Positions 16,454-22,187 of a DNA stretch of 35,810 bases are shown here, in pieces; position 1 is the stretch's first letter; every line of letters begins with the position of its first letter. Source of the stretch: a virus; the UHGV virus genome UHGV-1374208; one strand, written 5' to 3'. The notes beneath the pieces were generated by a model. The model did not search any database. It had not been told where the DNA came from and was given only the letters and a program-made list of their open reading frames with translations. Position numbers and translations under genes: made by a program.

Positions 16454-16481
16454 GTAGTATATTCCAAATCTGGAAACTACA
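16454..16481. promoter_or_regulatory. 28-bp imperfect palindrome in the divergent promoter region between the Cro-like and DUF4236 genes
   Basis: The palindrome is TGTAGT-ATATTCCAAATCTGGAAA-ACTACA, with outer 6-bp arms and an inner near-palindrome TTCCAAATCTGGAA. It lies 13-40 nt upstream of the Cro-like ATG. Confidence 0.35.
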
Positions 16482-16574
16482 GGTAAATAATGGTAATGAT
16501 ATAACCGCTTCGGCGTTTATATATAAATTGCGGGAAAAGTACAGGAGAGAAAAAGAAGGTGAATTAAGAAAGGA

Positions 16575-17600
16575 ATGGGATTTCGTTTCAGAAAAAGTTT
16601 TAAAATTGCTCCCGGTATAAAGTTTAATCTTAACAAGAATAGCCATAGCTTCACGTTTGGTGGAAAAGGAATTCACTACACTGTTAATTCTGATGGAAAA
16701 CGGACAAAAAGCTTTGGAATTCCAGGGAGCGGACTGTATTACACAGAAACCAAAAACGGAAAAACTAAAGAAAACAAGGGGAAAACAATGAGTAAAGCAT
16801 CGAATAAGAGTGGTGGTGGATGCCTTAGTGTTATTGCATTGCTGATAATGCTCTCTATTGCACTTGTAGTGTATTCTTTTTTATGGATACCAGCGATACC
16901 GGCATTGATATACTGTGTTGTATCCAAAAAATTCCGGCCATACAGGATCAGGAATACTGTGATATGCTCGATTGTGTTTGCAACATCTCTAATTATCTTT
17001 ATATGGCTTGGATCTCCGTCTGAATTGAACTCTATATCTGCAGAGTGGGGGAAAGAAGAATTTAATATCGGAGATGTAACGGAGGTGAAAATTACTCCAA
17101 GCCCGTCGGACGCAAAAATCGAAAGCTTGGAATTATCCGAAAATAATATCGCAGATCTCGAATATAAGGACGGAAAAGCCGTCATTACATTTACGGGTTC
17201 TGGGAATGCATCACTATTTTTTACGGCGAATGGAGAAATTAAAAGCAGTTCGAAAACTATTACCGTTATAGATCCGGAAGAAGAAGCGAGAATAAAAGCC
17301 GAGGAAGAAGAACGGATTAGGTTGGAACAGGAAGCTCAAGCAGCTGAACAGGCGCGTATCGAGCAAGAACAGGCTGCGGCTGCTGAACAGGAAAGGATTG
17401 CACAAGAGCAAGCTGCAGCGCAAGCAGCACAAGAGCAGGCTGCACAGCAAAGCCAAGATGACCCCATCGTGTATATAACAAACACTGGGGCAAAGTATCA
17501 TAGCGCTGGATGCAGAACTTTGAAATCTAAGATAGAAAAACATCTGTCTGAGGTACGCGGAGTTTATGAACCGTGCGGCATTTGCCATCCACCACAATAA
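16575..17600 (+). CDS. Multidomain membrane protein: DUF4236 N-terminus, 2 TM helices, Ig-like region, EQ/A-rich coiled-coil repeat, C-terminal Ada-like Zn-binding domain
   Basis: The N-terminus MGFRFRKSFKIAPGIKFNLNK carries the DUF4236 signature. The hydrophobic stretches are LSVIALLIMLSIALVVYSFLWIPAIPALIY and ICSIVFATSLIIFIWL. The repeat is EQEAQAAEQARIEQEQAAAAEQERIAQEQAAAQAAQEQ. The C-terminal segment IVYITNTGAKYHSAGC...VYEPCGICHPP parallels the Ada Zn-binding domain. Confidence 0.6.
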   Translation: MGFRFRKSFKIAPGIKFNLNKNSHSFTFGGKGIHYTVNSDGKRTKSFGIPGSGLYYTETKNGKTKENKGKTMSKASNKSGGGCLSVIALLIMLSIALVVYSFLWIPAIPALIYCVVSKKFRPYRIRNTVICSIVFATSLIIFIWLGSPSELNSISAEWGKEEFNIGDVTEVKITPSPSDAKIESLELSENNIADLEYKDGKAVITFTGSGNASLFFTANGEIKSSSKTITVIDPEEEARIKAEEEERIRLEQEAQAAEQARIEQEQAAAAEQERIAQEQAAAQAAQEQAAQQSQDDPIVYITNTGAKYHSAGCRTLKSKIEKHLSEVRGVYEPCGICHPPQ

Positions 17601-17769
17601 AATAAAAACCGCCCCTGCGCCAACAGAGACGGTATACATATCCGAAGATATGCTATTGAAATCCACGAATATTGTATCATCTTCGGGGCAGTCACGCAAG
17701 CGGAACGTTTGTTTTGCGCTGGCTGTTATTTTTGTACCAATTTTAAATATATTTTACAAAAGGAGAGTG

Positions 17770-19170
17770 ATGCAAATGCCAGAAAAAATACTGCGGTGTG
17801 CCATATACATCCGCGTCTCCACATTTGAGCAGAGCGTACATGGCAAGTCTCTGCAAGCACAGAAAGAATGCCTGGAGCAATACGCAACAGACAACAATAT
17901 GTCTATAGTAGGTGTCTATGCGGACGAGGGAAAGACTGCCAGAAAAGAATTGAAGAAAAGAAAAGCCATACACGCTCTTGTAGAGGACGTAAAAAGGGAT
18001 AAAATTGATGTGATAATTTTCTGGAGACTCGACAGATGGTTTCGAAATCTGTCAGATTTCTATAAGGTCCAGGATGTACTTGATGAGCATGGAGTGCGTT
18101 GGATCTCGGTTTCCGAGCCAGGAATAAACATGGAGACCAGAGACGGACGATTGCAGTTAAATGTAGTGCTGTCGATCGGGCAAAATGAAGTAGACACCAC
18201 ATCCGAGCGAATTAAATTTGTGAATGAAGCATCTATAAGACAGAAAAAGCTAATATTTGGAGATGCAAATATGCCTTTTGGTTATAAAACAGGTGTTGTA
18301 GATGGAAAGAAATGCATGGTTAAAGATTCGGAAACAGAACACATGGTGGAAGATTTTTTTGAATATTTTAGAAATCATAACTCCAAGAAGGGCGCTATCC
18401 GGTACATGCAGGAAACCTATGGAATTGATTTTAGCTATGGCATGTTACGGACGATGTTATCCAGCGAATTTTATAAAGGGACGTACAGAGGATACCCTTA
18501 TTGTCCAGCATACCTGTCAGAAAAAGAATGGGATGAGATGCAAACTATATCGAAAAGAAATATTAAAAACACGCCGTCTGGTAGAATATACCTATTTACA
18601 GGTTTGATGCGCTGTCCTGTGTGCGGACAGAAATTAGTTGGCACCGGATGCTCATCAATTATCAACCGTAAAACCGGAGAAAAAAGAACATACTGCTACT
18701 ACCGTTGCAACAGAGCGCTTATTGATCATATTTGCACGTATAGGCATAGGGTAAGCCAGAACCTTATCGAAAAATATCTGCTCGAAAATCTTGAAAGAGA
18801 GTACGAAAAGTATAAGGTCCGCACCAACCAGATCAGCGAAGAGTTAAAAAAGCAAAAGAAAGCGAAAGATCCGAAAAAGCTTAGAAAAGAAATGGAACGA
18901 TTAAATATATTATTTCAAAAAGGGCGGATCTCTTACGATTACTACGATAAGGAGTACCAAAGATTGGAGAGAGAATATTCCGCTTCTGCTGCTTTTTGCG
19001 AGGAAGAAGAGACGAGAAACCTGCATTATGTAGAAGAACTATTAAAAACTGACTTTCGCCAGATGTATGATTCGCTGTCTCCGGAAAACAAGCGTTCTTT
19101 TTGGAGATCCACGATACAGGAGATTTACCTAAATGATGACAATACGATTAAAGCTGTAGATTTTTTATAA
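17770..19170 (+). CDS. int: Large serine recombinase (integrase)
   Basis: The resolvase-type catalytic N-terminus is AIYIRVSTFEQ with the Ser nucleophile. It is followed by a recombinase domain, a zinc ribbon (CPVCGQ...CYYRC) and a C-terminal coiled coil. The start at ATG 17770 has an RBS AAAGGAGAG. The track ORF from 17566 is treated as an upstream in-frame extension. Confidence 0.9.
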   Translation: MQMPEKILRCAIYIRVSTFEQSVHGKSLQAQKECLEQYATDNNMSIVGVYADEGKTARKELKKRKAIHALVEDVKRDKIDVIIFWRLDRWFRNLSDFYKVQDVLDEHGVRWISVSEPGINMETRDGRLQLNVVLSIGQNEVDTTSERIKFVNEASIRQKKLIFGDANMPFGYKTGVVDGKKCMVKDSETEHMVEDFFEYFRNHNSKKGAIRYMQETYGIDFSYGMLRTMLSSEFYKGTYRGYPYCPAYLSEKEWDEMQTISKRNIKNTPSGRIYLFTGLMRCPVCGQKLVGTGCSSIINRKTGEKRTYCYYRCNRALIDHICTYRHRVSQNLIEKYLLENLEREYEKYKVRTNQISEELKKQKKAKDPKKLRKEMERLNILFQKGRISYDYYDKEYQRLEREYSASAAFCEEEETRNLHYVEELLKTDFRQMYDSLSPENKRSFWRSTIQEIYLNDDNTIKAVDFL

Positions 19171-19177
19171 TCTGTTT

Positions 19178-19227
19178 TGTACTAAGTGTTTAGCTCCATT
19201 TGGAGCAGTATAATTAGTACAAAATAA
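19178..19227. other. Candidate attP: 50-bp imperfect inverted repeat with central TT, 8 nt after the integrase stop
   Basis: The outer arms TTTTGTACTAA / TTAGTACAAAA are perfect 11-bp inverted repeats. The inner arms GCTCCA / TGGAGC are perfect 6-bp repeats. The flanks are mismatched and the symmetry centre falls between 19202 and 19203 (TT). No T-run follows, so it is not a canonical terminator. Confidence 0.45.
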
Positions 19228-19239
19228 ATGATACAATAT

Positions 19240-19419
19240 TCAGGACGGCAGATCCATCCGTCCAACACTCATATACACCGCACGTAAAAAGGTGTGCATC
19301 ATTTCGGTTGTCAGAGTCATACCTTCTGGCAGCCGGAACTTGAATGTATTACCTGGTATCTCCAAAAACTCTTGGTAAAGCAAAAATGTATCGTAAGATT
19401 CGTATATTTGATATTCCAT
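19240..19419 (-). CDS. Small hypothetical protein (59 aa from ATG 19419); RDF/Xis role is speculative
   Basis: ATG 19419 has a strong RBS GGAGGGG. An extended -10 TGATATAAT lies at about 19441-19452 on the minus strand. The gene sits between the attP candidate and the moron promoter. Confidence 0.35.
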   Translation of the reverse strand: MEYQIYESYDTFLLYQEFLEIPGNTFKFRLPEGMTLTTEMMHTFLRAVYMSVGRMDLPS

Positions 19420-19492
19420 ATCTATCCCCTCCATTTATTCCATTATATCATAAAAATATTTTAAAAACTTTTCATTTTCCTATTGACTTTAC

Positions 19493-19526
19493 GCCTTATA
19501 AGACGTATAATAAGGCCATAAGATAA
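19493..19526 (+). promoter_or_regulatory. Consensus sigma-70 promoter (TTGACT-17-TATAAT) with overlapping inverted repeat GCCTTAT-N10-ATAAGGC
   Basis: The -35 is at 19493-19498 and the -10 at 19516-19521. The inverted repeat arms are at 19503-19509 and 19520-19526, spanning the spacer, the -10 and the +1. The RBS AAGGAGA and ATG 19546 follow. Confidence 0.6.
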
Positions 19527-19545
19527 AGCAAAGGAGATACGAAAA

Positions 19546-19971
19546 ATGAAAAAATACAACTTATCAAAAATTATGAAAAGAGCATGGGAACTGGTAAAGA
19601 AAACATCCTTCGGAATCTCCGAAGCTTTAAAGAAAGCGTGGAAAGAAGCGAAAATGGGAGGAACAAAAATGACAGGAACAGAGAAACAGATCAGTTTCGC
19701 AAACGATCTGATCAAAAAAATGAACGAGCAGTTTGATGCTCTGATCGCAGAGTGCAAGGCAAAATATCCGGAAAGCGTGAGCATGTGGGAATCTCGCAAG
19801 GAAGAATACAACAGAATCCTTTCCGAATCTGATGCCGGACTCGTAATTGATCTGCTGAAGTGGAACAATGAAACAGCTTACATGAAATACTACCAGAGAC
19901 TTATGTTTGATCTTAAACACGAACGCAATACAATGTGCAGAAGAATTTTAAGTGAAGTTTACGGAAAATAA
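19546..19971 (+). CDS. Hypothetical protein (141 aa), first gene of the moron operon
   Basis: The gene has a strong RBS and no signal peptide or recognised motif. The product is basic, lysine-rich and helical. Confidence 0.5.
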   Translation: MKKYNLSKIMKRAWELVKKTSFGISEALKKAWKEAKMGGTKMTGTEKQISFANDLIKKMNEQFDALIAECKAKYPESVSMWESRKEEYNRILSESDAGLVIDLLKWNNETAYMKYYQRLMFDLKHERNTMCRRILSEVYGK

Positions 19972-20049
19972 TTACAAGAAAGACATTGTAGCAAGACGCA
20001 AGTGATGTATATGCTGACCTATCGGCTACGGGGAGAAAGAGGTAGAAAA

Positions 20050-20343
20050 ATGAAAATCAATGGAATCGGAACAATTAAAAAAGAAGAAGCAATGAAGATT
20101 TTAACGAGAGAAGGAAGGGAGGCAGTTAAATCTGGGGAAATTACAACTGAAGAGCTTGGACGCATGTATAAGCTGGAAATGGTTAAGAAATTATCTAAAA
20201 TCGGAAAATACGGTTGTACGTTTGCCGAAAATTATAATAGAGTGCCGCAAGAAATCGCCGATAAGTTATCACCGGAAGAGATTGCCGAATTAGTAGATAG
20301 TTTTTATGATTGCTATAGTGATGGGAGAAAGAGGGGTGAATAG
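20050..20343 (+). CDS. Hypothetical protein (97 aa), second gene of the moron operon
   Basis: ATG 20050 is preceded by GGGGAGAAAGAGG. The track ORF begins 16 codons upstream at a weaker site. Confidence 0.45.
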   Translation: MKINGIGTIKKEEAMKILTREGREAVKSGEITTEELGRMYKLEMVKKLSKIGKYGCTFAENYNRVPQEIADKLSPEEIAELVDSFYDCYSDGRKRGE

Positions 20344-20344
20344 A

Positions 20345-20548
20345 ATGAGGGAACATTTAAGCAGCGTGCAAAGATTAAGAAAGGCTACAGGGCTAACGCA
20401 ACAAGAACTTGCCAATAAGACTGGTATTAACATTCGGCAGATACAGAAATACGAGTACGGAGAGTACGATACCGGAAAAATGATGCTCAGGAACGCAATT
20501 GCTCTGGCAGATGCGCTGGAATGCGATGTACGGGAATTGATCAGATAA
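20345..20548 (+). CDS. Small XRE-family HTH regulator (Aca-like position: last gene of the operon)
   Basis: The HTH is LTQQELANKTGINIRQIQKYE. ATG 20345 directly follows the upstream stop and has a GAGGGGTGAA RBS. The product is 67 aa. Confidence 0.6.
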   Translation: MREHLSSVQRLRKATGLTQQELANKTGINIRQIQKYEYGEYDTGKMMLRNAIALADALECDVRELIR

Positions 20549-20646
20549 AAAGAAAAGGATAAGCATTAAGCCTATCCCTATCTTTTAGCTATTTAAAGCT
20601 ACTTCTAATATTTCAATCCGCGAAACTGTGATTTGCTCAGTCTCCG

Positions 20647-20680
20647 CAATACAGAGCATCATCTGTATTGGACAGTTTTA
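20647..20680 (+). terminator. Hairpin (9-bp perfect stem CAATACAGA/TCTGTATTG) followed by T-rich tract
   Basis: A perfect 9-bp inverted repeat with a 6-nt loop is followed by GACAGTTTTAT. It may terminate the plus-strand moron operon. Confidence 0.3.
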
Positions 20681-20736
20681 TAATACCACATTTGTACGGG
20701 TGTGTAAATACATTAGTAGTAATTGCGCGGAAATTT

Positions 20737-20774
20737 CACCCCTCAGAGAGCTGATCTCCGAGGGGATTTTATTA
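20737..20774. terminator. Terminator-like hairpin between the convergent moron operon and the lysis genes
   Basis: The sequence is CACCCCTCAGAG-(loop)-CTCCGAAGGGG, a bulged stem of about 10 bp. It is followed by ATTTTATT on the plus strand. On the minus strand it sits directly after the endolysin TAA. Confidence 0.4.
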
Positions 20775-21512
20775 GATAGATGTAGTATCTTTCCTGTTTA
20801 GAACCGCCATCAGTCTCGCGTACCACGGAGCGCTTGGACTCCATTTGTAGCACGGCATATCTTTTCCGTTGTTGTCCTTGTAAATCTGCTGAACGATTTT
20901 TAGCTCGTCCGGATGCGCCAATGTGATTACTTTATATCCATCAAAATAAAATACTGCACCTTTTCCCTCAACTGTAAATAAACATCTCATCTCTTCATTT
21001 TCTCCTTCCTGATCCGCTGATGCGCTTTGGCTTCCGCCCACAAGCTCCTTGATACGGTTAATAAAATAGGCTTTTGTCTGCGCTGCACCACCGTGAATCT
21101 CCACTGATCTGTGCGGACAAGCTGTTGCGTACACCTCCTGATGTAACATGATTGTGCTTTCACTTGGTACGATTCCGTATTGCTTACATTTCTGCGCTGC
21201 CAACTGTAGTGCTTTTTCTTCGTTCGCCTTAAAGGTATCTAAGTCCCCCATGCTCTGGCAGACCTCTACACCTAAAAAATTAACGTTTCCGTTTGTATCC
21301 CCGCAATGCCAAGCACAGTTAGAATCATCCTCTGCTTGCAGAATTCCATCGTTACACACATAGTAGTGAGCAAATCCGTTTTCCAAGTTTGCGTTTTGTA
21401 AGTAATTCCTGTAATACGCTGTCGTAGCATTCTGACCGTCTGCCCCATTATGAATAAAAATACCGACAGGATTTTTACCTCTCCTGCCGGCAATTCCTCT
21501 ACAGATACTCAT
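20772..21512 (-). CDS. Endolysin: N-acetylmuramoyl-L-alanine amidase (Amidase_2/PGRP-like) with C-terminal binding domain
   Basis: The N-terminal catalytic region has AHYYVCNDG, Zn-ligand-like H/C residues (WHCGD, ACPHRS) and GVEV. It is preceded by the holin gene. Confidence 0.8.
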   Translation of the reverse strand: MSICRGIAGRRGKNPVGIFIHNGADGQNATTAYYRNYLQNANLENGFAHYYVCNDGILQAEDDSNCAWHCGDTNGNVNFLGVEVCQSMGDLDTFKANEEKALQLAAQKCKQYGIVPSESTIMLHQEVYATACPHRSVEIHGGAAQTKAYFINRIKELVGGSQSASADQEGENEEMRCLFTVEGKGAVFYFDGYKVITLAHPDELKIVQQIYKDNNGKDMPCYKWSPSAPWYARLMAVLNRKDTTSI

Positions 21513-21610
21513 TATTTCTCCTCCTGTTCTTCCTCCTGCTCTTCTGTCTCAAATGCTTTTTCCAGTTCCTCTGCTGTTGTTCTGCCAAATTCGTTCTGTT
21601 CGCTCATGTT
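21512..21610 (-). CDS. Tiny acidic ORF (32 aa) between holin and endolysin
   Basis: ATG 21610 has a strong RBS GGAGGTGAGAAC. The product is MSEQNEFGRTTAEELEKAFETEEQEEEQEEK. Its TAA overlaps the endolysin ATG by 1 nt. Confidence 0.3.
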   Translation of the reverse strand, partial: NMSEQNEFGRTTAEELEKAFETEEQEEEQEEK

Positions 21611-21652
21611 CTCACCTCCTACCGTGCGATGTCGCACAATAAAAGAGGACGA

Positions 21653-22105
21653 TTACTCGCCCTCCTGCTCCTGTGATTTATTTGTTAAAACATCCAGTGC
21701 TTTTTTTAACGCTTCCGGATATTTCACACCCATAATTCCAACATTTTCCAAAATCGAGATACCCTCATTTGCTATAAATGCCAGTACTACGGCTGTACGG
21801 ATGTAGTCTACGCCGAGAGTGACATCCAGCCGATATGCAATAAGTACGATCAGTAGGGATACCCCTTTTCTGCACAAACCTTTCCACGCTGAGTAGCTGC
21901 TTAGCGCACCGTTCTCTGATTTGTTGCTCTTTTTCCAAAAGGCAGCGATCAGTAACCCGAGTACAAAATCTACACCCATAAAAATAAGTAATGTAGTCAA
22001 GTCCTCAGACCATCCTCCGATCAGGTTTACGAAACCTCCTGCAATAGCTCCAAACACCATGCATAAAAACGCTTTTACGTTTGCTAACTGTTCCATTTTC
22101 TTCAT
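21653..22105 (-). CDS. Holin (multi-TM; TcdE/phage_holin_4-like)
   Basis: The product has 3-4 hydrophobic helices (AFLCMVFGAIAGGFVNLIGGW, LLIFMGVDFVLGLLIAAF, LLIVLIAYRL, VVLAFIANEGISIL) and a charged C-terminus. It lies immediately upstream of the endolysin. The start is probably MKKMEQ at 22105. Confidence 0.7.
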   Translation of the reverse strand: MKKMEQLANVKAFLCMVFGAIAGGFVNLIGGWSEDLTTLLIFMGVDFVLGLLIAAFWKKSNKSENGALSSYSAWKGLCRKGVSLLIVLIAYRLDVTLGVDYIRTAVVLAFIANEGISILENVGIMGVKYPEALKKALDVLTNKSQEQEGE

Positions 22106-22187
22106 ATCCTCACTTTCCTTTCTGATTTTAAAGTATAAAAATAAGACCATCACGGTCTTGCTCTAATCTCCATATTCGCTCCTTTAA

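Noticed and set aside
17277-17460. Repetitive tract that could be mistaken for a CRISPR-like or satellite array
   Set aside because: The repeats are imperfect and lie within a long ORF. They encode an E/Q/A low-complexity protein segment. There are no fixed-length repeats separated by unique spacers.
16739-17699. Minus-strand ORFs 16739..17185 and 17214..17699
   Set aside because: They are antisense shadows of the DUF4236 gene and the integrase leader. They have no RBS, and the Ser/Leu/Phe-rich products reflect the complement of the E/Q/A repeat.
17566-17769. N-terminal 68-aa extension of the integrase ORF in the six-frame track
   Set aside because: This region overlaps the end of the DUF4236 gene and contains a long structured hairpin. 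A good RBS (AAAGGAGAG) precedes ATG 17770, and the resolvase catalytic motif starts right after that ATG.
19178-19227. The 50-bp palindrome after int as a simple rho-independent terminator
   Set aside because: No T-run follows the stem on either strand. The internal mismatched flanks with a central dinucleotide fit an attP better. A transcriptional pausing role cannot be excluded.
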